DNA of 34,082 nt, from the IMG/VR virus record IMGVR_UViG_3300045988_014597, positions 1 to 34,082 of that record. One strand, given 5' to 3'. This document shows positions 17,921 to 25,479 of the stretch, piece by piece. Positions within the stretch are counted from its first letter, which is position 1. Every line of letters starts with the position of its first letter. Source of the stretch: a virus. Its lineage: Duplodnaviria; Heunggongvirae; Uroviricota; Caudoviricetes. The position numbers were made by a program, and so were the translations under genes. The notes beneath the pieces were generated by a model that saw only the letters and a list, made by a program, of their open reading frames with translations, was not told where the DNA came from and ran no database searches.

Positions 17921-20188
17921 CTATTCTAAATCCTCCTCTGTCACCACCAGCATTTCATTCGGTTCGTATATTGTCTTCGGTATTTTGTTGTCCGTTATCC
18001 GGGTGTTCAGCCTGTAACGGCCCGGTATTATCTGATTGTTTTCGTCTGTTCCAGGTACAAGATACCCGGCCTCAACCATTTTCTTAATCTTCCCGCGTTC
18101 TATGGCTTCTTTGGAGTTAAACGCCTTCGCGTTGGGGTCAGACTGTGCCAGCTTATTCGCTGCGGCCACCGTGATACCTTCGTTGCCGTTGTAGGTTCCT
18201 TCGGCCAGTTCAAACGCTGCCAGTATCGTGGCCTCCGAACTGTTGACAGCGTTCTCTACGGTTTTGCGTACGTTTTCTTTACCTTCCTTTGTCAGCCCTT
18301 CTTCGCGCTCTTTCTCCTCGTCAGTTTTGAACGGTTCGAAGCCCCACGGCATTAACACAAGTGCCTTATGTGGTTCTGGCAGGTCCAGGTTTACGATTGC
18401 GCCGTATTCCTCTGTGTTACCCAGGAACTCAACCGCGCGATACTCTTTCGGCGGCGGTGCTTCGCGGAACTGTACCGACTCCAGAACCATGCCAACCGTC
18501 TTCTGCTGAGGCCCGTGCTTAAATTTCGAGTGGTATACGTTTATCTGTCGGTCGGTGGCGCGTTCGATTGTTAGTTCGACGTCAACACCAGCATACAACG
18601 CCCCACTGCCACGGGCTTTCTTTCCGCCTTTCGGTGTGTGGTGAACAACGCCTACCGCGGCTTTAGTCGCATCGCGTACTTCTTTCAGGATGGCGATAAC
18701 TTTACCCATGCCGATTGCCGTCGATGAACTGTTCTCGTCGAACTTATCAATCGTCAGGGCCAACGTCTGGTTAAGGGTGTCGAACGCAACCATGCCGATT
18801 GGTTCATCGCCAGCGGTTTCGCGCATTAGCTTAATCAGGCTTTTAAGTTTGCCGACCTCACCCATGTCGATGACATGTACGTAATCTTTACCTTCCTCGC
18901 CGTATTTAGCCGCGAGCGCGTCAATACGTGTACGCGTAGCGGCACCGCCCTCGCCGTCGATATAGAAATGGTGGCAACGCTGGGTGTCCGCCCCCGCAAA
19001 CCGGTATCCGGCGGCGCTAAGGTACATCATCCCCAGCGTATAGAATGATTTGTACGTGCCGGATTCCCCGACGATATCCCAGATACAATCCGACGGCATG
19101 TACCCTTCGACGACGAAATCAGCCTTTACCGGTTCCGGTAATTCGTCCCCCTCTGAGTCCTCGTCGTCTTCCAGGTCGTCCAGGCTGCATGAGACGGATT
19201 CACGCGCGCCCCAACCGATGGCCTCCGCGACTTCACTGAACGGCAGCCCGGTCGCATCGCACGCATATTTCCACACCTCTTTCGGCGACATGCCTTCGGT
19301 AGCCGTAATGTCGGTGTCGTGAATCATGGTCACGTTCGGCGCTTCGTATCCTTCACGCGGGAAGCACAGCAGGAAGTCGTCCGGGCGCGGGGTCGGGTCG
19401 CTGTAGTTCTCTGCGTGTTCCGGTGTAGCTGGCATCTTAAGGCCGCGTGGCGTCATGATACCGCCGTACTCAAACGCCAGTGCCTCGAACGCATCAGTAA
19501 ACGCGGTGCGCAGTTCTTCCGGTATCTGGTAATCAGATGCGCTGCTCACCTCGTAATCCGGGATGCCTTCCAGTAATTCGTCCGGGTCAATCAGGTCATT
19601 GCGACGCGACCAGATAACGGTAGAGCCGACCGGCGGCAGGTACATCGGCTGTGACAGAGTGAACCCGCTGCGGTCCGCGCCCATGCCTTTGAAGAAGTGC
19701 TCCAGCAATCCGTGGCGGGCGCGGATGATGTCACCGCCTTCGACAGGGCGGCCCAGCGGCATGACGACGCGAAAGCGCGGGGACTCGTCGGTATGTGATG
19801 CCGTGGTATAGAGGCACATCGCACGGCGGCTACGCTTAACCAGGCGCACCGCTTCCTGGTACTCTTCCGGCGTTGCGCTGTCAAAGTCCAGATACGCCAG
19901 CGATGATTTACTTACAGACGCATCACAGCGGTAAAAGAAGCCTTTACGCGCTTGCTTAAAGTCTCCAGTTTCCGGGTCTTTTACGGTGCTGTGCGTAGAG
20001 TCGCACGCGGCGGTGATATAGCCGGGTGCGGTCTTAGGGTTAATCCCGTCGCGAACGGCATCGAGCGGCTGAATTAACTCTTTCAGGCCGTCCAGGGTTG
20101 CCGTATGGGTGGTTCTGACGTTTATATCCTTTTTCTCTGCCCGCGCGTTGCGGCGGGACCACGAGTAGGATAAAATTACATCGGACAT
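17921..20188 (-). CDS. Bifunctional DNA primase/helicase (AEP primase-polymerase N-domain plus RecA-like helicase), 755 aa
   Basis: AEP-like LAYLDFDSA (DxD) and CLYTTASH motifs N-terminally; Walker A GESGTYKSF and Walker B-like MVAFDTLNQ centrally. Confidence 0.8.
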   Translation of the reverse strand: MSDVILSYSWSRRNARAEKKDINVRTTHTATLDGLKELIQPLDAVRDGINPKTAPGYITAACDSTHSTVKDPETGDFKQARKGFFYRCDASVSKSSLAYLDFDSATPEEYQEAVRLVKRSRRAMCLYTTASHTDESPRFRVVMPLGRPVEGGDIIRARHGLLEHFFKGMGADRSGFTLSQPMYLPPVGSTVIWSRRNDLIDPDELLEGIPDYEVSSASDYQIPEELRTAFTDAFEALAFEYGGIMTPRGLKMPATPEHAENYSDPTPRPDDFLLCFPREGYEAPNVTMIHDTDITATEGMSPKEVWKYACDATGLPFSEVAEAIGWGARESVSCSLDDLEDDEDSEGDELPEPVKADFVVEGYMPSDCIWDIVGESGTYKSFYTLGMMYLSAAGYRFAGADTQRCHHFYIDGEGGAATRTRIDALAAKYGEEGKDYVHVIDMGEVGKLKSLIKLMRETAGDEPIGMVAFDTLNQTLALTIDKFDENSSSTAIGMGKVIAILKEVRDATKAAVGVVHHTPKGGKKARGSGALYAGVDVELTIERATDRQINVYHSKFKHGPQQKTVGMVLESVQFREAPPPKEYRAVEFLGNTEEYGAIVNLDLPEPHKALVLMPWGFEPFKTDEEKEREEGLTKEGKENVRKTVENAVNSSEATILAAFELAEGTYNGNEGITVAAANKLAQSDPNAKAFNSKEAIERGKIKKMVEAGYLVPGTDENNQIIPGRYRLNTRITDNKIPKTIYEPNEMLVVTEEDLE

Positions 20189-20245
20189 ATTATAATTCCT
20201 TCAGCAAGTAATTTGGCCTCGGCGCCCTAACGTCGGGGCTTTCTT

Positions 20246-20695
20246 TTATTCAGCGTTTGGTACTGCAAGAGCATACACGCCATCCAGCACCTTAATCAAC
20301 AAACCTTTTTTACAAAGCCCGCGCATGGCGGTACAGACATCACCAAGATTAGTGACATCATCTTTTACCATGGCGTATACCGCACTAGGCGTAAAACGTT
20401 GTCCTTGCTGTTCAAGACATTTTCCATAGACTAATTTTTGTAACTCCGTAAGTTGGCCCTTCTCGGGAAAAGGAACGGATATAACATTGGATGGTTTCCC
20501 ACCTTTAACCCAATACAGGTACTTACTCCCATCATAAACACGGTCTATCTCCCCGAAATACCCAAGCAATGAAATCGCGGCGCTAATTGGCCCGTCGAGT
20601 TCTATTGCAGATTTAATGTCATGCAGTGACGCTCCCGGGTTCTCGGCTAATATCATATTTAACGATTTAAGAAACTCGTCTAAGTATTTATGCAT
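20246..20695 (-). CDS. Hypothetical protein, 149 aa, possibly winged-helix DNA-binding
   Basis: Second gene of the reverse-strand operon; C-terminal region resembles a winged helix. Weak assignment. Confidence 0.55.
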   Translation of the reverse strand: MHKYLDEFLKSLNMILAENPGASLHDIKSAIELDGPISAAISLLGYFGEIDRVYDGSKYLYWVKGGKPSNVISVPFPEKGQLTELQKLVYGKCLEQQGQRFTPSAVYAMVKDDVTNLGDVCTAMRGLCKKGLLIKVLDGVYALAVPNAE

Positions 20696-20831
20696 TCTTC
20701 TTAGCCTCTCTTAATTGTTTGCGATATGCATTGAAACATTCACGGCAATAACTGCGTGTGCCTTTTCTGTCATATCGTTTGAGGAATGCACCTTCTTCTT
20801 TTTCTTTCCTACACATCTGGCAAATCTTCAT
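20688..20831 (-). CDS. Small zinc-ribbon protein, 47 aa
   Basis: MKICQMCRKEKEEGAFLKRYDRKGTRSYCRECFNAYRKQLREAKKNA with two CxxC pairs; strong GAGGAG RBS; stop overlaps the downstream ATG. Confidence 0.45.
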   Translation of the reverse strand: MKICQMCRKEKEEGAFLKRYDRKGTRSYCRECFNAYRKQLREAKKNA

Positions 20832-20849
20832 CTAAATACTCCTCGGCGG

Positions 20850-20878
20850 TTGAAGTACCCAATATAATGGTACTTCAA
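20850..20878. promoter_or_regulatory. Perfect 10 bp inverted repeat flanking a TATAAT-containing core (candidate operator and bidirectional promoter core)
   Basis: TTGAAGTACC-CAATATAAT-GGTACTTCAA. Confidence 0.5.
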
Positions 20879-20889
20879 GCAAAAAGCAA
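20861..20889 (-). promoter_or_regulatory. Candidate sigma70 promoter (TTGCTT-N17-TATATT) for the reverse-strand replication operon
   Basis: Reverse strand: -35 from 20884-20889, -10 from 20861-20866. Confidence 0.4.
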
Positions 20890-20926
20890 CAACAAAGTTA
20901 CTAAGATACAAAAGATGCTACTGATA

Positions 20927-20955
20927 TTGACTTTTCACTGAAAATATGCTAAGCT
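20927..20955 (+). promoter_or_regulatory. Strong sigma70-like promoter with extended -10 (TTGACT-N17-TGC-TAAGCT), copy 1
   Basis: TTGACT at 20927-20932, TG at 20947-20948, TAAGCT at 20950-20955. Confidence 0.6.
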
Positions 20956-21037
20956 CCACCTGAGCTTGTGAAGTATGAACAAGCGACCGCGGTGCGGCAG
21001 GAGAACGGAGCGGTGCGTTAGCACTGAGTGTAGTGTC
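20927..21037 (+). repeat. Dispersed direct repeat R1 (promoter plus conserved leader), about 110 bp
   Basis: Aligns with 33971-34082. The first ~66 nt differ at 2 positions; the remainder has two single-base indels and more substitutions. Confidence 0.85.
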
Positions 21038-21155
21038 GCTGCCCGCATTCGGAAGGCCCATAGTCTATTGTTAATCCAGCCTAAATACCCAAGTCACTGA
21101 TAATTAAAAGTTTCTATAGTTGCCGTGAGCAATGTAGAGAGTACTTCACTCCGCT

Positions 21156-21177
21156 GGGGTGGGCTAACGCCCACCCC
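21156..21177 (+). other. GC-rich hairpin GGGGTGGGC-TAAC-GCCCACCCC
   Basis: Perfect 9 bp stem with a 4 nt loop. No immediate U-tract, so either a weak terminator or an RNA structural element downstream of R1. Confidence 0.4.
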
Positions 21178-21235
21178 CTGCGTTGCGTACTCTTTTAAGA
21201 AACGAAAGAATCACAACGGCAACGTAACTATTCTC

Positions 21236-21264
21236 TTGCACACCCCAACATAATAGGATACTAT
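21236..21264 (+). promoter_or_regulatory. Family B sigma70-like promoter (TTGCAC-N17-TACTAT) with embedded palindrome AATAG-N4-CTATT
   Basis: Palindrome at 21252-21265; the promoter, leader and start share about 63 of 66 positions with the reverse-strand copy near 33841-33904. Confidence 0.6.
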
Positions 21265-21298
21265 TCACTTATCGAAACGAGACATAAGGAATTTAGAA

Positions 21299-21517
21299 AT
21301 GAACAAAGCGACCGCAAGCGTAGTTTCCGCAATCAAAGAAGTTTACGGCATCGATATTTCAGAGCGCGTAATCATCGGTAATAAGCGCAACTTCTTTACG
21401 TTCGACACCGACGGAATGGATGAAAATGATTTTATCAACGTACAACGTTTCGCTAATGATAGAGGGCTTCGTAACGAGCCTGCAGGTTACAAGAAATTCG
21501 CTATCTACTTTAAATAA
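21299..21517 (+). CDS. Hypothetical protein, 72 aa
   Basis: First ORF after the family B promoter; AAGGA RBS. Confidence 0.6.
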   Translation: MNKATASVVSAIKEVYGIDISERVIIGNKRNFFTFDTDGMDENDFINVQRFANDRGLRNEPAGYKKFAIYFK

Positions 21518-21535
21518 GACAGAGGAGTGATGGTT

Positions 21536-21724
21536 ATGTTTAAGAAGGGTCAGTTGGTCAAAGCTGTAAATAGCAATTATTTCATTGTTGAAAGCGAGTC
21601 TGCAGTTTTTCCGAGGGCTTATAGAGTAAGTTTTATACGGGAAAGATTAGGAGCGGTAACTTGGTTCCGTGAAGATGAGCTAACACTCATCGGCAACAAT
21701 TTTAAATTCAAAGGGGCGAAGTGA
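21536..21724 (+). CDS. Hypothetical protein, about 62 aa
   Basis: GAGGAG RBS at 21522-21527; ATG at 21536 preferred over the GTG at 21527. Confidence 0.5.
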   Translation: MFKKGQLVKAVNSNYFIVESESAVFPRAYRVSFIRERLGAVTWFREDELTLIGNNFKFKGAK

Positions 21725-21978
21725 TGGAAGAATTAATTTGTATTGAATCTGGTCCAGATGTGCGGCATTGGTTTGTAAAAGGTAACAAGTATTCGTCAGG
21801 GGTATATTACGACGGCCGTCGATACGTTTTAGATGAAGACGGTGATGAATGGGACTTAGAGCAATCACATGGTGAAGCCTTTACCGTGAATTTCCTGGGC
21901 ACACCCGCCATAACATTCACAACGGCATCGAATCATGATGCTCGTGCCGATGACTCTGAGGGAGGTTGCCGTGGATAA
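21724..21978 (+). CDS. Hypothetical protein, about 84 aa
   Basis: ATG overlaps the upstream TGA. Confidence 0.5.
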   Translation: MEELICIESGPDVRHWFVKGNKYSSGVYYDGRRYVLDEDGDEWDLEQSHGEAFTVNFLGTPAITFTTASNHDARADDSEGGCRG

Positions 21979-22000
21979 TATTTTAATGGTGGAGGTTGAT

Positions 22001-22195
22001 ATGAGCCCGTATAACAAATTTCGCTTACGCCGTCTTGTTGGTGGTCTGCGCGCCGCCGAGTTTGGTGTTGAATGTTGGGAAAAGGCGAAATATACCCCAT
22101 GGAAGTCGTGGCATTTGGTTCATGCTAAGGCGGTAGCACAGTACCGTGAGTACAAGTTAAACAGTTTCCTTAAGCACCACGGGGTTGAGTTATGA
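22001..22195 (+). CDS. Hypothetical protein, 64 aa
   Basis: GGAGG RBS five nt upstream of ATG 22001. Confidence 0.45.
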   Translation: MSPYNKFRLRRLVGGLRAAEFGVECWEKAKYTPWKSWHLVHAKAVAQYREYKLNSFLKHHGVEL

Positions 22196-22353
22196 GAGAA
22201 GCATTTGAACGGTGGGCCGTCGTAGAGGGTCTGCCGGTTAACAAGGGTTCGAAGAAAGAGTACCTGACCGTTAAGACACGTCTTGCGTGGCGGGCGTGGA
22301 AAGCTGGTGTGCAATTTCGTGCTGGTGTAACAGGTGGTGTAACAGGTCAATAG
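22192..22353 (+). CDS. Small hypothetical protein, 53 aa
   Basis: ATGA overlap with the upstream stop; too short for the ORF track. Confidence 0.35.
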   Translation: MREAFERWAVVEGLPVNKGSKKEYLTVKTRLAWRAWKAGVQFRAGVTGGVTGQ

Positions 22354-22501
22354 GTTACTATTTGTCTTTGTGTCTTACGCTGCTACACAGCAGCGTACAA
22401 CTTTAACTTAGTGTCGTCAAAAGGCGACACTTTTCACCAAACGCAACAATCGAAGCGACTATTGCAGGAGATGCAACAATACAAACACCAATAAAATTTA
22501 C

Positions 22502-22530
22502 TTGCACACTGGGATAGAATAGACTACTAT
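22502..22530 (+). promoter_or_regulatory. Family B sigma70-like promoter (TTGCAC-N17-TACTAT) with embedded palindrome GAATAG-N4-CTATTC
   Basis: Palindrome at 22517-22532 overlaps the -10. Confidence 0.6.
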
Positions 22531-22561
22531 TCATTTACACGAACGAGAGGATAGACAGAAG

Positions 22562-22711
22562 ATGGTTACTTTGATGATTATGGAATTCGAAAACAGCGCT
22601 GCAACTTACCGCGAGATGACTATGGCGCAGGCGTACCATCTGGCATCAAACGGCAGCTTCTACAAGGCTCAAATCATCAATGAGTTCGGGGTAATTGACT
22701 ATGAATTTTAG
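22562..22711 (+). CDS. Small hypothetical protein, 49 aa
   Basis: First ATG after the promoter and leader; overlaps the next gene start. Confidence 0.4.
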   Translation: MVTLMIMEFENSAATYREMTMAQAYHLASNGSFYKAQIINEFGVIDYEF

Positions 22712-22973
22712 AAGATACACCGTTACCGTTGATTTTGAGGGGCTGGATTTGCCCCTCCCCAACAACTACCGGTATATAACCCGTGACCGTTTCGGGTTTA
22801 TTCAGGGGTGGCGTAACAAGCCGACAGACACTGAGTTCGGGATGTCGGGTGGTGAAGAGTTGCCGATCACGTTCGGGCACCAAAGTAGTAACGAAGAGCT
22901 TAAAACTGTGATTCGTAAGTATCGTCGCCGGGGTAAAACTGAACTTATCGCAATAACAGGCGCTGTTGAATAA
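22701..22973 (+). CDS. Hypothetical protein, 90 aa
   Basis: ATG at 22701 preferred over the TTG at 22695. Confidence 0.5.
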   Translation: MNFRRYTVTVDFEGLDLPLPNNYRYITRDRFGFIQGWRNKPTDTEFGMSGGEELPITFGHQSSNEELKTVIRKYRRRGKTELIAITGAVE

Positions 22974-22992
22974 ACGAGAGGAGAGACGGAAG

Positions 22993-23421
22993 ATGAGTAA
23001 CAAAAACGAAGTATTCGAGTACCTGATTGACCAGCTACGGCAGCAGGTAAATAAGAAAGATGTGACATCTTTCAATGTATCTGTGCAGATATCCGACCTT
23101 GATGAGGTCAAGCAGGTAGTCCACAACCTACAGCAGCATATCGCAGGTAAGGATGACGAAATACGTGCGCTGAAAGACAGTTTACGGCAGCAGGTAAATA
23201 ACAACCAGTGCGAAGACCTGGCGCATGAGGTGCAGTCACTTAAGAATCAGTTACGTGATGCGTCGGCGCTGGTGGCTGAGTTGCAGAAAGAACTTGATGT
23301 CGCGAATAGCACCGTAGCTCGTTTGAGTAAAGAGGGGGTACAGAGGTGCAACCATGTTTGGTACAGGTACAACTTAGGCGGCTACACTAAGATGTGCCTT
23401 AAATGCGGGCTAAAGAAATGA
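22993..23421 (+). CDS. Coiled-coil protein with C-terminal zinc ribbon, 142 aa
   Basis: Strong GAGAGGAGAG RBS; internal repeat LRQQVNK / LRQQVNN; C-terminal CNHVW...CLKCG. Confidence 0.55.
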   Translation: MSNKNEVFEYLIDQLRQQVNKKDVTSFNVSVQISDLDEVKQVVHNLQQHIAGKDDEIRALKDSLRQQVNNNQCEDLAHEVQSLKNQLRDASALVAELQKELDVANSTVARLSKEGVQRCNHVWYRYNLGGYTKMCLKCGLKK

Positions 23422-23621
23422 CCAGCATCTTATTTATCTGGGTACTGGCCGCGGGCCATATGCACCTAGCGGCAACAGAAACGTTTTACTCGATGGAGGC
23501 GTGCCAGTCAGCGGCACGCGCCGCGGAGAACGCGCACTTTCTGTTTCAGGGTGACAAGCCCAACGATTCAGAGGTACGCGCTATCTGCTCACCTAAGCGA
23601 CTTAGCAAACAGGAGAAGTGA
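23418..23621 (+). CDS. Small protein with hydrophobic N-terminus (possible signal peptide or membrane anchor), 67 aa
   Basis: MTSILFIWVLAAGHMHLAA; ATGA overlap with the upstream stop. An alternative ATG exists at 23403. Confidence 0.45.
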   Translation: MTSILFIWVLAAGHMHLAATETFYSMEACQSAARAAENAHFLFQGDKPNDSEVRAICSPKRLSKQEK

Positions 23622-23623
23622 TT

Positions 23624-23875
23624 ATGGTTGTACGATATGACTTAACAGAAGATTTTGCGGGTACAGTAGATATAACGCCTGTCCCGGACTCGCATGAAGG
23701 ACGTTATGTAAGCTACGAAGATTACGCGAAACTCGAAGCCGAACTTCTGGAAATAAAAGCTGCAGCCCGTTGTCTTGTGCGAGAAGCGAGTAAGGTGTAT
23801 AGCGATTATAGTGACGTTATAGCGCCTGAGTTTGTAGACCAGCAAACCATATACGAACTGGGCATTCTGCTATGA
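23624..23875 (+). CDS. Hypothetical protein, about 83 aa
   Basis: AGGAGAAG RBS upstream of ATG 23624. Confidence 0.5.
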   Translation: MVVRYDLTEDFAGTVDITPVPDSHEGRYVSYEDYAKLEAELLEIKAAARCLVREASKVYSDYSDVIAPEFVDQQTIYELGILL

Positions 23876-24165
23876 GCCTCGCAACGGACATCCTGGAACG
23901 AAGCGGCCTTGCGCCGCTGGCACCGAGAGCTAAAACACGGATACACAAGCGTCGCCGTAACGCGCTGTACCCTGAGATTCAGGCCAGACGCAAAGCGGTA
24001 CGCGCCTGTGGATTCCAGAACGGGAAGGCTGTGAACCTCGGTGAGTTTAAAACGCAGGAGCGCGCTGCAATCGCTAATCGGTTATTTAATTACTGGAAAT
24101 CGCTGGGATACGATGATATCCCGACGAAACCACAGAGGCGACAATACATCTGGCGTCATAAATAA
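23872..24165 (+). CDS. Hypothetical basic protein, 97 aa
   Basis: ATGA overlap with the upstream stop; Arg/Lys-rich. Confidence 0.5.
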   Translation: MSLATDILERSGLAPLAPRAKTRIHKRRRNALYPEIQARRKAVRACGFQNGKAVNLGEFKTQERAAIANRLFNYWKSLGYDDIPTKPQRRQYIWRHK

Positions 24166-24195
24166 ACCGTTATTAGGATAATTCCTACCCGTGGT

Positions 24196-24235
24196 ATCCT
24201 CCAGTTACTGCATACTTAATACGCACCTGGAGGAT
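24196..24235 (+). promoter_or_regulatory. Inverted repeat that could sequester the holin ribosome-binding site
   Basis: ATCCTCCAG (24196-24204) and CTGGAGGAT (24227-24235) can pair; the right arm contains the GGAGGA Shine-Dalgarno six nt before the TTG start at 24241. Confidence 0.4.
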
Positions 24236-24240
24236 TCATC

Positions 24241-24549
24241 TTGGATAAATTTACTGAAACAGTGACGGGGTGGCTTCTCGCTGCCGCACTAGCCGGAGGG
24301 GTAATCGGGCTACGACAACATAAGTCCGTTATTTCAGGCCCAATAGACGGCTTCTGCTTTATTGCAACAGGCTTCACCTGCGCCGTATTTGGTGCACCTC
24401 TTGCGGCCCAATGGTTTGGCATCACGGGCGACCGTGAAATCGCAGGCCTGGGCTTCATTATCGCTATTCTCTGGATGCCTATCTATTCCCGCCTTTCTGG
24501 CATCGTCGCCGGAGAATACATTGCACGTCGAGGAGGCCCGGATGAATGA
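24241..24549 (+). CDS. Holin-like membrane protein, 102 aa, TTG start
   Basis: Several hydrophobic segments; immediately upstream of a second membrane protein and the endolysin. Confidence 0.5.
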   Translation: MDKFTETVTGWLLAAALAGGVIGLRQHKSVISGPIDGFCFIATGFTCAVFGAPLAAQWFGITGDREIAGLGFIIAILWMPIYSRLSGIVAGEYIARRGGPDE

Positions 24550-24814
24550 GCTATTCTGGTTCGGTGGTATGCTGGCCATCGGAGGCACATCGCTGTTTAA
24601 TGTGTACCACCCCCGCGTTGACGACGGGCTATTCGGTCGGGTGCTCTATATCCTGACCGCTATTGTCTGCGCCGCCGGATGTATCCACCTGTTACAGGGC
24701 AGCATGTCACCTACGCTGCCCGAGACATTAATCACATTAGTTGCGCTGCGCCAGATTCGTCAGGCGTGGCTGTCATACGGAGGGCATAAGCGTGTCTCGA
24801 AACATTTCAGATAA
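24542..24814 (+). CDS. Second lysis-cassette membrane protein (holin or antiholin-like), 90 aa
   Basis: GGAGG RBS; two hydrophobic helices; overlaps both neighbours. Confidence 0.45.
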   Translation: MNELFWFGGMLAIGGTSLFNVYHPRVDDGLFGRVLYILTAIVCAAGCIHLLQGSMSPTLPETLITLVALRQIRQAWLSYGGHKRVSKHFR

Positions 24815-25298
24815 TGGATTGCAGTTCAAAAAAGCGTGGGAGAAGTTCCGCGGAACCGCTTACAAAGCCACAAAGAACGAAAAATACTGGACTATAGGCT
24901 GGGGCCATACCGGGCCGGATGTGTATGAAGGTCAGAAGATTACCGAAGGCCAGGGGCTTCTGCTACTGAACCGTGATATGCGGTGGGCTGTGAAAGCAGT
25001 CGACGAGGTAGCACACCCCTCACTGACCCAGGCCCAGTTTGATGCTGTTGTTGACCTGGTGTTTAACGCAGGAACCGGCGTTATCGCGGCTACTACCGGA
25101 ACCGGTAAGGCGCTACGGCAGGGTGACATCCCTACCTTACGGCATAAGTTGGGTCAGTTCATCAACCAACGCAACCCGAAAACAGGTAAACTCGAGCCTG
25201 TTCTCGGCTTGCGCCGCCGTACTGCGGGACGACTGGCCCTGTTCGACGGTAAGCCGTGGCAGGAGGCTGAGGCTATCGGACGCGCGGTGAAAGGTTGA
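24792..25298 (+). CDS. Endolysin, GH24 lysozyme (T4 / P22 gp19-like), about 168 aa
   Basis: WEKFRGTAYKATKNEKYWTIGWGH matches the lysozyme catalytic region (Glu, then about 8 residues, then TIGxGH). GTG start at 24792 with a GGAGGG RBS preferred. Confidence 0.8.
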   Translation: MSRNISDNGLQFKKAWEKFRGTAYKATKNEKYWTIGWGHTGPDVYEGQKITEGQGLLLLNRDMRWAVKAVDEVAHPSLTQAQFDAVVDLVFNAGTGVIAATTGTGKALRQGDIPTLRHKLGQFINQRNPKTGKLEPVLGLRRRTAGRLALFDGKPWQEAEAIGRAVKG

Positions 25299-25364
25299 CA
25301 CCTGAGACTAATCCGACGATACTTAAATCACCTCCTGTTCCACACCTCTACTCTCCAGTTTTAT

Positions 25365-25394
25365 CCCGGCCCTGACCCAGCCGGGATTTTTTTA
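25365..25394 (+). terminator. Intrinsic terminator after the lysis cassette
   Basis: CCCGG...CCGGG hairpin followed by ATTTTTTTA. Confidence 0.6.
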
Positions 25395-25415
25395 TCTATT
25401 TTCTGCAATGACTAG

Positions 25416-25444
25416 TTGACTATTACCATCGACCCTATTATATT
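25416..25444 (+). promoter_or_regulatory. Sigma70-like promoter (TTGACT-N17-TATATT)
   Basis: Leader ATCGACAACGAGAAC resembles the family B leaders; a degenerate palindrome ACTAG-N4-CTATT overlaps the -35. Confidence 0.5.
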
Positions 25445-25479
25445 TACTCCATCGACAACGAGAACGGAGTAGAGAGAAA

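Noticed and set aside
20188-20245. Hairpin-like sequence with a T-run between the primase and the 149 aa gene
   Set aside because: Stem is imperfect and the T-run is on the wrong strand for the reverse-strand operon; not called as a terminator.
20975-21100. ATG-initiated ORF of about 41 codons inside repeat copy R1
   Set aside because: The two single-base indels between R1 and R2 break this frame in R2 although the nucleotide sequence is conserved, and there is no good Shine-Dalgarno. Conservation is at the DNA/RNA level, so it is treated as non-coding.
20880-21300. Possible tRNA or other structured RNA gene in the 470 bp non-coding region
   Set aside because: No T-loop (GTTCGAATC-like) or D-loop consensus and no cloverleaf arrangement seen by eye. 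A tRNA-scan run would settle it.
17572-22986. Recurrent AACGAGAGGAGAG-like sequence just upstream of several start codons
   Set aside because: Best explained as an extended Shine-Dalgarno (GAGG/GGAG) in conserved leaders rather than a separate regulatory element.
24542-24814. Possible spanin (lipobox-like VCAAGC) in the second lysis membrane protein
   Set aside because: The Cys is mid-protein after a first hydrophobic helix and the -3 position does not fit a lipobox; no separate Rz1-like ORF found. Called a holin/antiholin-like membrane protein instead.
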